64,000 bases of DNA, from the NCBI GenBank assembly GCA_965203805.1, contig OZ241917.1, forward strand, positions 3,360,001 to 3,424,000, read 5' to 3'. The notes beneath the pieces are model-generated. The model worked only from the letters and a program-made list of their open reading frames with translations, did no database searches and was not told the origin of the DNA. The stretch comes from Candidatus Latescibacterota bacterium (GTDB taxonomy: Bacteria; Latescibacterota; UBA2968; GCA-2709665). Of this stretch, positions 1-9,743 are shown piece by piece (positions within the stretch are counted from its first letter, which is position 1; the number at the start of each line of letters is the position of its first letter). The position numbers and the translations under genes were made by a program.

Positions 1-928
1 GGCACATCTGCATGCCCGGTCCATCGACCCATCGCCGTTCCCCCTTCCTCGCAGGAAGGGGGATAGGGGGTAGGTTGGCGGAGGCGGGGAGACGGGAGAG
101 GTGAGACGGGAGATGGGGGATGACAACCTGCGTCAACGGGACGACGATATGGCCGGGCGAGACCTCCTCCCTGATGCGCAGACCTATCCCCCCTGCCTGC
201 CGAAAAACCACCGCCAGGCAGGGACCCTTTCCTATAAGGAAAGGGTAACGAACGCCACGCGATAGGATCCGGGGGTCCCCCTTCCGTCGGGAAGGGGGTA
301 GGTCTCGAAAAGGGTAGACGTAAGATGGGGGATGACAACCTGCGTCAACGGGGCGACGATAAGGCCGGGCGAGACCTCCTCCCTGATGCGCAGACCTCTC
401 CCCCCTGCCTGCCGAAAAACCACCGCCAGGCAGGGACCCTCTCCTATAAGGAAAGGGTAACGAACGCCACGCGATAGGATCCGGGGGTCCCCCTTCCGTC
501 GGGAAGGGGGCTAGGGAATGGGTCTCGAAAAGGGTAGACGTGAGATGGGGGATGACAACCTGCGTCAACGGGGCGACGATAAGGCCGGGCGACATGACCT
601 CCCTGATGCGCAGACCTCTCCCCCCTGCCTGCCGAAAAACCACCGCCAGGCAGGGACCCTCTCCTATAAGGAAAGGGTAACGAACGCCACGCGATAGGAT
701 CCGGGGGTCCCCCTTCCGTCGGGAAGGGGGCTAGGGAATGGGTCTCGAAAAGGGTAGACGTGAGATGAATGCCCTATGGTCTTTCTCGTCGTTACCATAG
801 TCGGTAAAGAAACAGGCACGGTTAGCGTGAAAACACTGTGGTAACGTTTTCATCTACCGTCTACCCTCTTACGTCTCACCGCCTTCATCTACCGTCTACC
901 CTCTTACCGCTTTCAGGTTTTCATTCTT
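1..928. repeat. Mosaic palindromic intergenic array (family 1), including three tandem ~212-220 bp units (111-322, 323-542, 543-762)
   Basis: AGATGGGGGATGACAACCTG starts at 111, 323 and 543. Each unit carries the palindromes CCCT(T/C)TCCTATAAGGAAAGGG, CCCCCTTCCGTCGGGAAGGGGG and CCTGCCTG..CAGGCAGG. The same modules recur at 4.4-6.2 kb and 29.2-30.8 kb. Confidence 0.92.
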
Positions 929-934
929 AATTCT

Positions 935-2757
935 GAGTCCACTCCGAAAAGTCGCATTTACTTATGCTGGTGAAAGTACTAAATTCGAAGTGTGAAAAGT
1001 CAGCAAGGATGAAGTATTGAGAATTACAATTGTAGAGAGCGTGGGAGAGGACAGATGTATAAGCCGAGTGCGTCGTGCAGTCAACCGGATCTGTTTTCGA
1101 ATTTCGAGTCGCATTTCACACAGCGGAAGCAGGCGCAGTTGAATGATCCGAAGTCGTGGCATAATCTGTTTTACCAGCACATCACGTCAGAGATCGACGA
1201 GGATGTGTTTTCCGTGTTGTTTGATCCCGACATAGGCCGTCCCAATGCCCCGATTCGTCAGTTGGCGGCGATGATGGTCTTGAAGGAGGGCTTCGGGTGG
1301 AGCGATGCACAACTGTTCGAGCAATGTCGGTTCAATATCCTGGCGATGCGGGCATTGGGGTTGATGAATCTGTCTGATGAGGCGCCTGTGGAGTCGACGT
1401 ATTATCTGTTCAAACAGTCCTTGTATGCGTATCAACTGAAAACCGGTCGGGATCTGGTTGGCGAGACCTTTAGCAGCTTAACGAAGACGCAGGCCGACGC
1501 CTTTGGTGTGCTGGGTCAGCAAATCCGAATGGACAGTAAGTTAATCGGCTCGAACATTGCGCTATGTTGTCGGTTGCAGTTGGTGGTGGGTTGTTTACAA
1601 CGGTTCTGGGGATCGTTGGACGAGGCCCGGAAGCGGCGATTATCAGGAAAACACCGGCAGGTTCTGGACGGAATGCTCAAGGTGAAGCCCCATCAGGTTG
1701 TCTACCGTCTCACCCGTGCTGAAAAAGGTGAGAAGCTACAGGAATACGGTGTGTTATTGAGCAGGCTTCAAGCGATCTATACCGAGAAAGACAGCGATCA
1801 CTATGGTGTGATGGCGCGTGTTTTTGGAGACCAGTATTCGGTTTTATCCTCCTCCAAACAGGTGCTTCCCAAGCCGCCTGATGAGATCTCCGCATCCTCC
1901 TTGCAGTCCCCCGATGACGAAGATGCGGCCTTTCGTAAGAAAGGGGAAGCGAAGGTGAAAGGATACAGTGTGAACCTCACCGAGACCTGCGGTGAGGAGG
2001 GCCTCAATTTGATCACGGACATTGACGTCAAATCCGCGACAGCGCCCGACAACGCGTTTGTGCAAGCGGCCGTAGGGCGCACACAGCACGTGGTAGGGCA
2101 GGTTCGAGACGTGTCGATGGATGGGGCCTATAATGATCAATCCAACGCCGAGTACGCAAACGAACACGACAAGCAATTCTATTACAGTGGCCTGCAAGGA
2201 ACCCCAGGGCGTTTCATTTATCGACGAACAAGAGAAGGCGTCGAAGTCATGGATCGAAATACCCAAGCCGTGCAGCTTGCCCAAGAATACAAACCGGGGA
2301 AATACAAACTCATCATGGATGGCAAACCCCGATACTTTAAAGAACAGGCCATCGACAACTACATCAAACGCAAACAGAGTGAAGCCCTGCCTGAACACAT
2401 CAGAAACCGACGCAATAACGTCGAAGCCAGCCTCTTCCAGTTGAGCTATTACACCCGAAACGGCAAAACTCGCTATCGTGGATTGATGCCACATCAGCTG
2501 TGGGCGCACTGTCGTGGCTTATGGGTCAATCTCGTTCGGATCCAGAATTACCTCACCTCACCCACGATGCTCCCCGCATAAGATGCGACTTTTTTATGCA
2601 TATCCTTGCCCCAAAACCACGCGAGCAACCTCGTAAACCGCCTCTGTGTTGATGGGCCGCAACCCGATGCACTTTCACCACGCAACGCGACCTCTCAATA
2701 CACAACACTGACACCTACACACGAAATCTTCCTGAACCCCCTTCTCGGAGGGGACTC
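935..2757 (+). mobile_element. Complete insertion sequence, IS5/IS1182-like DDE element (1823 bp)
   Basis: Left end GAGTCCACTCCGAAAAG (935-951) matches the reverse complement of CTTCTCGGAGGGGACTC (2741-2757) at 15/17. A 6-bp direct repeat AATTCT flanks it (929-934, 2758-2763). It encloses one transposase ORF. Confidence 0.9.
1055..2581 (+). CDS. DDE transposase (IS5/IS1182-like; DUF772-type N-terminus)
   Basis: 508 aa. N-terminal GRPNAP...KEGFGWSD motif; RMDSK, MDGAY and RNNVEAS..QL DDE-type motifs; KTRYRGL tail. Lies between the IRs. Confidence 0.9.
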   Translation: MYKPSASCSQPDLFSNFESHFTQRKQAQLNDPKSWHNLFYQHITSEIDEDVFSVLFDPDIGRPNAPIRQLAAMMVLKEGFGWSDAQLFEQCRFNILAMRALGLMNLSDEAPVESTYYLFKQSLYAYQLKTGRDLVGETFSSLTKTQADAFGVLGQQIRMDSKLIGSNIALCCRLQLVVGCLQRFWGSLDEARKRRLSGKHRQVLDGMLKVKPHQVVYRLTRAEKGEKLQEYGVLLSRLQAIYTEKDSDHYGVMARVFGDQYSVLSSSKQVLPKPPDEISASSLQSPDDEDAAFRKKGEAKVKGYSVNLTETCGEEGLNLITDIDVKSATAPDNAFVQAAVGRTQHVVGQVRDVSMDGAYNDQSNAEYANEHDKQFYYSGLQGTPGRFIYRRTREGVEVMDRNTQAVQLAQEYKPGKYKLIMDGKPRYFKEQAIDNYIKRKQSEALPEHIRNRRNNVEASLFQLSYYTRNGKTRYRGLMPHQLWAHCRGLWVNLVRIQNYLTSPTMLPA

Positions 2758-2905
2758 AATTCTCCATTCTTAATTCTTCATTCTACCCTCTTACCGCTTT
2801 TTCGGAACCTTTGCCCCTGCTACCGGGTCTAACACCCGTGAACACGAGAGACAGACGAACGCATCGTCGAGCCACCCAGGAGACCTGAGAAAGGGGATTT
2901 TCCCG

Positions 2906-4345
2906 ATGTCCATCCAATCCATCCGCTATCGACAGCTGACGCTTATTCTGGGCCTGCTTTTCGCCGCCGGCGCATTCACGTCCCCCGCGCACGCGTCCGA
3001 GGACCAGGCCATCGAGCAGCTTCGGAGCCTCAACGAAGCCTTTACGACGATCGCCGGTCGGGTGACGCCCACGGTTGTCACCATCAGCACCAGGCAGTCC
3101 GTATCCCTGGCGGAACAGAGAAGGGGCCCCCGGTTTTATTTCCCGTGGCCCCGGAACCGGCAGGAGGACCGTCCCGGACTCGGGTCCGGCATTATCATGA
3201 CCGCGGATGGATACATACTGACCAACCACCACGTGGTGGGCAAGGCGGACCAGATCACGGTCATCCTCAATGACAACCAGGAGTTCGAAGCCCGCCTGGT
3301 CGGCGCGGATTCACTTACGGACGTGGCGGTGGTCAAGATCGACGCCAGCGACCTTTCCGCCGCGCCCGTGGGCAACTCGGACGAAATCCGGATCGGAGAG
3401 TGGGTGATGGCGGTCGGCGCGCCGCTCCGCCTGCGTTCCACGGTCACGTCCGGGATCGTCAGCGCCCTGGGCCGAAGCCTGAACATCATCCCCAATTCGT
3501 TCGGCGTGGAAGACTTCATCCAGACCGACGCGGCGATCAACCCCGGGAACTCGGGCGGTGCGCTGATCAACCTTGAAGGGGAAGTCATCGGCGTAAACAC
3601 GGCAATCGCAACGGAGGACCGGGGCTTCATCGGGTACGGCTTCGCCATTCCAATCAACCTGGCAAGAAAGGTGATGGACGACATTGTCGCCCACGGCCGG
3701 GTGCGGAGAGGGTTTCTGGGCGTCTCCCTCAAACAGGTCGACGCGGCCCTTGCCGATGCGTTCGGCATGGACCGCCCGCGAGGCGTCCTCATCTCCGATG
3801 TTTTCTCGGACACGCCGGCCGACGCCGCCGGACTGAAGACCGAGGATATCATCCTGAGCATAGACGGCATATCGGTCAACCGTCCCAACCACGTACAAAG
3901 CCTGATTGCCCGCAAGAACCCGGACGACACGGTGACGCTGAGCGTCAAGCGATCGAGCAGGACGATCTCCCTCCAGGTGAAACTGGGTGAAAAACCCGCA
4001 CAGCTCGGCCAGATTGCAGCGGCCGGGCCGGCGTCCGGTCCGGCCGAGCTTCACGGGCTGAGCCTTAGCGACATCACCCCGGACGTCGCGGGAAGATGGG
4101 GGCTGGAAGACTCGGTGGACGGCATTCTGGTGACGGACGTCGAACCCCGAAGCAGGGCCGCGAGAGCCCGCTTTGAGCGGGGAGACATCATCTTCAAGAT
4201 CCGCCAGGGGAATCTCCAGCGGGAAGTGCGGTCCGTCGCCGAATTCAAGACGTCCCTGAACAAACTCGAAAAGGGCCGCAACGCCGCCTTTTACGTGCGG
4301 CGGGGAACGTACCATCTGTTCCTGACCATGAAGATCCCTGAATAG
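2906..4345 (+). CDS. degP: HtrA/DegP(DegQ)-family periplasmic serine protease with two PDZ domains
   Basis: Signal peptide, LTNHHVV (His), TDVAVVK (Asp), IQTDAAINPGNSGG (Ser), then two PDZ-like segments. Confidence 0.93.
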   Translation: MSIQSIRYRQLTLILGLLFAAGAFTSPAHASEDQAIEQLRSLNEAFTTIAGRVTPTVVTISTRQSVSLAEQRRGPRFYFPWPRNRQEDRPGLGSGIIMTADGYILTNHHVVGKADQITVILNDNQEFEARLVGADSLTDVAVVKIDASDLSAAPVGNSDEIRIGEWVMAVGAPLRLRSTVTSGIVSALGRSLNIIPNSFGVEDFIQTDAAINPGNSGGALINLEGEVIGVNTAIATEDRGFIGYGFAIPINLARKVMDDIVAHGRVRRGFLGVSLKQVDAALADAFGMDRPRGVLISDVFSDTPADAAGLKTEDIILSIDGISVNRPNHVQSLIARKNPDDTVTLSVKRSSRTISLQVKLGEKPAQLGQIAAAGPASGPAELHGLSLSDITPDVAGRWGLEDSVDGILVTDVEPRSRAARARFERGDIIFKIRQGNLQREVRSVAEFKTSLNKLEKGRNAAFYVRRGTYHLFLTMKIPE

Positions 4346-4387
4346 AAAAGCGGCAATACGCGGCGCCACATCGCTGATCGCACGCAG

Positions 4388-4422
4388 AGAAGCCCGGCGG
4401 GTATTCCCGCCGGGCTTCTTTG
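4388..4422 (+). terminator. Intrinsic terminator after degP
   Basis: Perfect 14-bp stem AGAAGCCCGGCGGG / CCCGCCGGGCTTCT with a TATT loop and a short T tail, about 40 bp after the stop codon. Confidence 0.75.
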
Positions 4423-4424
4423 TA

Positions 4425-6160
4425 AGCTTTCAGCAGTCAGCTAAAAGCAAAAGCGCCCTCACCCCCAACCCCGCAGACCTCTCCCCCCGGCCCCCTCTCC
4501 CGGGGGGAGAGGGGGAGAAAAGACAGGCATCGCGGGCCGGTCATCTATAGATACTCTGATTGACAGGAAATCGCCAGCCGGCACATTTGCATGCCCGGTC
4601 CATCGACCCATCGCCGTTCCCCCTTCCTCACAGGAAGGGGGATAGGGGGTAGGTCCCGAAAAGGGTAGACGGGAGACGGGAGATGAGGGATGACAACCTG
4701 CTTCAACGGGGCGACGATAAGGCCTGGCGACATGACCTCGCGGATGCGCAGACCTATCCCCCTGCCTGCCGAAAAATCACCGCCAGGCAGGGACCCTTTC
4801 CTATAAGGAAAGGGGGGAGACAACCAGGAGAACGCCTCTACAGACGTCGGCGCGCCAACACCGCGAATCCTCACCATTGTCCTTCACGACATACCTATCA
4901 CGCGTCCGGTGGTGGGGATGGGGTTTTTCCGTGCAAGTCCGTCCGGGAACGCCTGCAACGGTTTCAGGGCAACGTCTCCCGTTGTCTCCACTGAAGCGGT
5001 TCACGGAAAAAATAAAAATTGATGGGAGAGGTTAAGTTTCTGTCCTACCGGAACGCAGGTCCAACGGGTGTCTGTCCGCCGCCAGGCGCCCTTTGGGGAT
5101 GCTATGGATAATCCCCACGAGGACCATCCCGTTTTCATTCTTCATTCTTCATTCTTCATTCCGCCTTCATCTACCGTCTACCCTCTTACGTCTAACCGCT
5201 TTTACGCAGACCTCTCCCCCCGGCCCCCTCTCCCGGGGGGAGAGGGGGAGAGAAGCAGGCATCGCGGGCCGGTCATCTATAGACACTCTGATTGACAGGA
5301 AATCGCCACCCGGCACATCTGCATGCCCGGTCCATCGACCCGTCGCCGTTCCCCCTTCCTCGCAGGAAGGGGGTTAGGGGGTAGGTCCCGAAAAGGGTAG
5401 ACGGGAGATGAGGGATGACAACCTGCTTCAACGGGGCGACGATAAGGCCTGGCGACATGACCTCGCGGATGCGCAGACCTATCCCCCTGCCTGCCGAAAA
5501 ACCACCGCCAGGCAGGGACCCTTTCCTATAAGGAAAGGGGGGAGACAACCAGGAGAACGCCTCTACAGACGTCGGCGCGCCAACACCGCGAATCCTCACC
5601 ATTGTCCTTCACGACATACCTATCACGCGTCCGGTGGTGGGGATGGGGTTTTTCCGTGCAAGTCCGTCCGGGAACGCCTGCAACGGTTTCAGGGCAACGT
5701 CTCCCGTTGTCTCCACTGAAGCGGTTCACGGAAAAAATAAAAATTGATGGGAGAGGTTAAGTTTCTGTCCCCCAGGAGATTAGTTCCAACGGGTGTCTGT
5801 CCGCCGCCAGGCGCCCTTTGGGGATGCTATGGATAATTCCCACGAGGACCATCCCGTTTTCATTCTTCATTCTTCCTTTTTCCTTCTTCCTTCCTCCCTC
5901 TTACGTCTCACCGCTTTCAGGTTTTCATTCTTAATTCTTCATTCTTCATTTTTCATTCCGCCTTCCTCCTCCTTCCCTCTCCCGTCTCCCCTATTTTCTT
6001 GCCCCGTGTTGTTTCATATCTTGCCAGAGGCATAAGGGAAGTACCAATCGGGCAAGGACATCATCTACCGTCTACCCTCTTACGTCTCACCGGTTTTAGG
6101 TTTTCATTCTTAATTCTTCATTCTTAATTCTTAATTATTCTTTCTTCCCGTCTCACCGGT
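4425..6160. repeat. Family-1 mosaic array with a tandem ~730-bp duplication (about 4472-5160 and 5205-5870) plus heptamer tracts (TCATTCT)n
   Basis: CGCAGACCTCTCCCCCCGGCCCCCTCTCCCGGGGGGAGAGGGGG at 4472 and 5205. The two copies are near-identical at offsets 733 then 725. Confidence 0.93.
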
Positions 6161-6161
6161 T

Positions 6162-7916
6162 TTACGGCGCCTTTTTGTTGATCTTGATAACGTAGGTTTC
6201 CGGAGGTTTCGCAATGTGCACGACCGAGAAACGCTCCGGGTAGGCCTTGATGGCCGGCATGATACGTGTCAATTTCTCTTTGAACGCGGGGATGTTCTCC
6301 AGCAGGACGTAGTCGAATTTGTCAAGCGCCTTCATCGCTTCGGCCGGATCCTCGGACCGGGGGTAGCCATCGGTTTCCCGCTTCGACCAGAACCACACCA
6401 GGCCCGGCTTCCGGGTGGAGACACGGCTTTCAGGGGGCGTGTTGTCCCGCATCCAGACGCTGGCCTCGTAATATGGTTTCCAGACCGTGTGATAACCGGA
6501 CATCGTCCGCTGTCCCCTGACAATTGCGAAACCCCCGTACAACGAAGGCAGCAGAAACAGACAGGCCAGGAACACGGGCGCATACCTGATCAGAACAGGG
6601 CGCGCAAGAACAGGCGTGAACCTGCTCAACCGCAGAAAGCGGGCGCGGCGTCCGGCCGGATCTGTCGATTCAGGAAACAGGCCGCAGATCCTCTCCGCGG
6701 CATTGAATACGTAGAGCACGATGAACGGCAGTACCGGCAGCAGGTAACGGGCGGGCGAGCCGGGCAGGGCGAACAGGGTGGCAACGTATCCCATGAAGTA
6801 CCAGTCGTGCACCTCCAGGCTTCGCAGAAGCGAGAGGGGCTTTCGGGCGGGGGACTTTCTCCCGAACACAAACCCGATGCCGATCAGAATGAAAAAGAGC
6901 CAACCCATGGGACGCCACGCCGCGGTAATCGGCAGTTTGTCCAGAAATTGCCTGAAAAGCAGGAGGTATTCCAGGTTCTCCAGGTATCCGCGGGGGTTTT
7001 TGGTGAAGAAATAATAAAAGAAATTATCCCAGAAGGAACCCACTTCGCCCTCCGGGATGTAAACCCCCGCCGAGATCTGGTGGATCATCCCCAGGTACCC
7101 CTGGGTTTCGGGAAAGTTCACCTTCAGATAGAGTACCCACGGCAGAACCCAGACCGAGACGCACGCGGCAAGAAGCGCCGGTTTCCTGAATTGTCCGCGC
7201 AGAACGAGATAGATCGCAGCCGCAATCACCAGGTAGACCGACGGCGACTTGACGTGGTACGCCCACCCCGCGGCGCAGGACGCCGCGATCAGCCATTTCC
7301 ACGAGATACCCGGATGCTTGATGTACTTCAGGATCGCCCAGAGGGCGAGCATTGAGAATGCGGGAAAGGGTACGTCCGCGGTGGCGACGTTGGAATATTC
7401 CATAGACAGCCAGGAGGAACCGGTAATCAGGGCGATCAGAAGCGCCCGGCTGTTGTCGATGAATTCCCGGGCGACCAGGAACGTGAAGAGCGGAAAGAGA
7501 AACCCTGTCAGGGCGATGGTCGCCTTGAGCGCGAGTACGCTATCCGGAAACAGGACGACCGCCGGCATCAGCAGCGTCTTCACGCCCAGGCCGTACTGGC
7601 TGTCCACCACGCCTCTGCCCTGGACCAGGCGCATCGCGTCCCTGATATACACGATATTGTCGCCGATGACGTGCACCCACTCGTTGCAGGTGAGAAGATA
7701 CAGCCCGGTAATCGCGGCGGTACCGATCACGGCCGAGGCCGTAAACCTGTGCTCCGGAATCTGCCGGAATGCCGCCAGACCGGCAACGCAGAGAATCACG
7801 ACCATACAGGCCATCGTGGGCGCCAGGGTCGCAAGGTTGAGAAGGTGCGCACACTGATAGGCCAGCAGGACAACCAGGGAATACGGGAAGACGTAGCTGA
7901 GGTATCGGGCGGTCAT
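6162..7916 (-). CDS. Polytopic membrane glycosyltransferase, GT-C/ArnT-PMT-like
   Basis: Probable ATG at 7916 overlaps the upstream stop (ATGA). Many TM segments, GDNIVY acidic loop, ARYLLPVLPF motif, and a soluble C-terminal domain (WMRDNTPPESRV). Confidence 0.75.
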   Translation of the reverse strand: MTARYLSYVFPYSLVVLLAYQCAHLLNLATLAPTMACMVVILCVAGLAAFRQIPEHRFTASAVIGTAAITGLYLLTCNEWVHVIGDNIVYIRDAMRLVQGRGVVDSQYGLGVKTLLMPAVVLFPDSVLALKATIALTGFLFPLFTFLVAREFIDNSRALLIALITGSSWLSMEYSNVATADVPFPAFSMLALWAILKYIKHPGISWKWLIAASCAAGWAYHVKSPSVYLVIAAAIYLVLRGQFRKPALLAACVSVWVLPWVLYLKVNFPETQGYLGMIHQISAGVYIPEGEVGSFWDNFFYYFFTKNPRGYLENLEYLLLFRQFLDKLPITAAWRPMGWLFFILIGIGFVFGRKSPARKPLSLLRSLEVHDWYFMGYVATLFALPGSPARYLLPVLPFIVLYVFNAAERICGLFPESTDPAGRRARFLRLSRFTPVLARPVLIRYAPVFLACLFLLPSLYGGFAIVRGQRTMSGYHTVWKPYYEASVWMRDNTPPESRVSTRKPGLVWFWSKRETDGYPRSEDPAEAMKALDKFDYVLLENIPAFKEKLTRIMPAIKAYPERFSVVHIAKPPETYVIKINKKAP

Positions 7917-8644
7917 AATCGGGAGAAGCGGTATTTGAGGAGGGTTTTGACGTTGATGAAGAAGTCGGTCCAGCGCACCTTCTTGCCGGCGCTGACGTCG
8001 CGTCCCCGGTAGGTGATCGGAACGTCCACGATCCGGCAACCCTTTTTCAGAAGCTTGGCCGTGAGTTCGTGTTCCAGGTCGAACCCGTCCCGAACCAGCG
8101 GAATGGCGCGCACGATATCGGTCCGGTAGAGCTTGTACCCGGTGCACAGATCGGTAATACGGGAGTTGAAGAGGAGATTCGTAAACCAGGTGAGCAGCTT
8201 GTTCGCAATGAAGTTCGGTAGCATCATGCCCTCGATCCGGCCCTGGAAGCGCGAACCGAAGACCACGGAGATCGACGGGTCCCGCAGAAAGGGGGCGATC
8301 AGAGCGGGGTAGTCTTCAGGCGCGTATTCCAGGTCGGCGTCCTGGATGAGGGCCCATTCGCCGGTTGCGTGTTCCAGGGCCGTGCGCACGGCCGCGCCCT
8401 TGCCCCTGTTTTCGGGATGCCGCACCACCCTGACATCATCGTCGTCGTCCAGGTCGCTCAGAATGGATCCGGTCCCGTCGGTGGAGCCGTCATCCACAAC
8501 GATGATTTCCTTCCGGACGCCTTCCTGCACCGCGACGGCCCGGACGCGGTCGATCACGGCGGCAAGGGTGTTCGCCTCGTTGTAAACGGGAATCATGATG
8601 GAAAGCAGGTACTCCCGCGAGGACGGTTTCGAAGTTGGGCTCAC
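7913..8644 (-). CDS. GT2 glycosyltransferase (polyprenol-phosphate sugar synthase-like)
   Basis: SIMIPVYNE, VDDGSTDGT, NRGKGAA and QDADLEY motifs. Probable GTG start overlapping the upstream stop (GTGA). Confidence 0.88.
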   Translation of the reverse strand: MSPTSKPSSREYLLSIMIPVYNEANTLAAVIDRVRAVAVQEGVRKEIIVVDDGSTDGTGSILSDLDDDDDVRVVRHPENRGKGAAVRTALEHATGEWALIQDADLEYAPEDYPALIAPFLRDPSISVVFGSRFQGRIEGMMLPNFIANKLLTWFTNLLFNSRITDLCTGYKLYRTDIVRAIPLVRDGFDLEHELTAKLLKKGCRIVDVPITYRGRDVSAGKKVRWTDFFINVKTLLKYRFSRL

Positions 8645-9720
8645 GCGGCACATCCCGGCGCAACCTCCGTAACCTCGAGACCCGCGGGTTCGACGGATGC
8701 GGAAAGGAGCCGTGCGGTGGTGACGGGGGCCAGAATTTTCCGCCAGGCGACCGCGAGCTCCGAGACGGCTTCGGGATGCGGCGCCAGCGCCCAGACGCAG
8801 CCGCCGTTGCCGCTGCCCGCCGTGGCGAAACCCGCCCCGACCCCGGCGCATGCGGCCTGCAGCTTCTCTCCGAGCACGGTCATCCGGGCGGGCACGATCG
8901 CGCAGCGAATCCCGGTTTCCTCGTCCAGCAGCCTGCCGGCGGTCTCCCAGTCCGCGCGTTTCAGGGCCACGGCGAATTCGGTGGAGATCTCGTTGATCCG
9001 GAACCAGCGGTTTCGGTGCCGTCCGGCGAGGAAGTCGTCCACCTGCCGGCTGTTGACGTCGTTGGAATCGTGCGGCTTGCCGATATAGGCGACCAGCAGC
9101 CGGTCGCCCAGGGCGCCGAACCGGTCCCGCGAGAGAACCGCCTCCCTGCGGAACTTACCGGCGGTGTCGCCGTAGGTCCAGCGCCACGTGTTGACCCCGC
9201 CGTACGCGGCGGCGCACTGGTCCTGCAGGCCGGTATACGAGAATCGGAGACCGTCTTCGATATTGTAGACGATCTCGATGATTTCCTCCGGCGAGAGCCC
9301 GGGGGCCCCATCCAGCATCCTCGCGCGGGAAAGCGCACCTGCCAGGGCGACCGAGAGCGTGCCGGAGCCGCCCACGCCGCTGCGGGGCGGGCAGCCGTAG
9401 GAGAGCTCGATTTCAACGCCGCCCAGCGCGAAATGAGCGGCAATCGCGAACAGGAGTCCGAAATGGCCCGTCATGTCGGGCGCGTCCGCGGGAAACGTCT
9501 CGTGATGAAATTCGTCCACAATGCGCACGTATCCCGGGCGGTAGGCTTTGAGACGGATGCGGGTGCGCGCGGAGATGGCGATGTTGGTGGTGGCGGGATT
9601 CAGGCGGGCGTAGGGCAGCGCGAAACACTTGAGGTCCCACGTGCCGCCAACGTCCAGCCGGCACGGCGCCGAAGACAGGATTTCGACGGCCTGCAGACGG
9701 GCGCTGAGGTCTGTGGTCAT
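8641..9720 (-). CDS. GHMP-family sugar kinase (HddA/galactokinase-like)
   Basis: SAPCRLDVGGTWD, PPRSGVGGSG (PxxxGLGSS-type), TGLQDQCAAAYGG and AGSGNGG motifs. ATG at 9720. Confidence 0.85.
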   Translation of the reverse strand: MTTDLSARLQAVEILSSAPCRLDVGGTWDLKCFALPYARLNPATTNIAISARTRIRLKAYRPGYVRIVDEFHHETFPADAPDMTGHFGLLFAIAAHFALGGVEIELSYGCPPRSGVGGSGTLSVALAGALSRARMLDGAPGLSPEEIIEIVYNIEDGLRFSYTGLQDQCAAAYGGVNTWRWTYGDTAGKFRREAVLSRDRFGALGDRLLVAYIGKPHDSNDVNSRQVDDFLAGRHRNRWFRINEISTEFAVALKRADWETAGRLLDEETGIRCAIVPARMTVLGEKLQAACAGVGAGFATAGSGNGGCVWALAPHPEAVSELAVAWRKILAPVTTARLLSASVEPAGLEVTEVAPGCAA

Positions 9721-9743
9721 GTGCTTCCTCGAAGGGTGCGCGC

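Noticed and set aside
111-762. CRISPR array
   Set aside because: Units are 212-220 bp and nearly identical throughout, with no short repeat plus unique spacer pattern and no cas genes. The same applies to the other arrays.
4545-6035. Duplicated short ORFs (e.g. 4683-4994 and 5408-5719) as genes
   Set aside because: They are read-throughs of palindromic repeat modules, open on both strands, with no recognisable motif.
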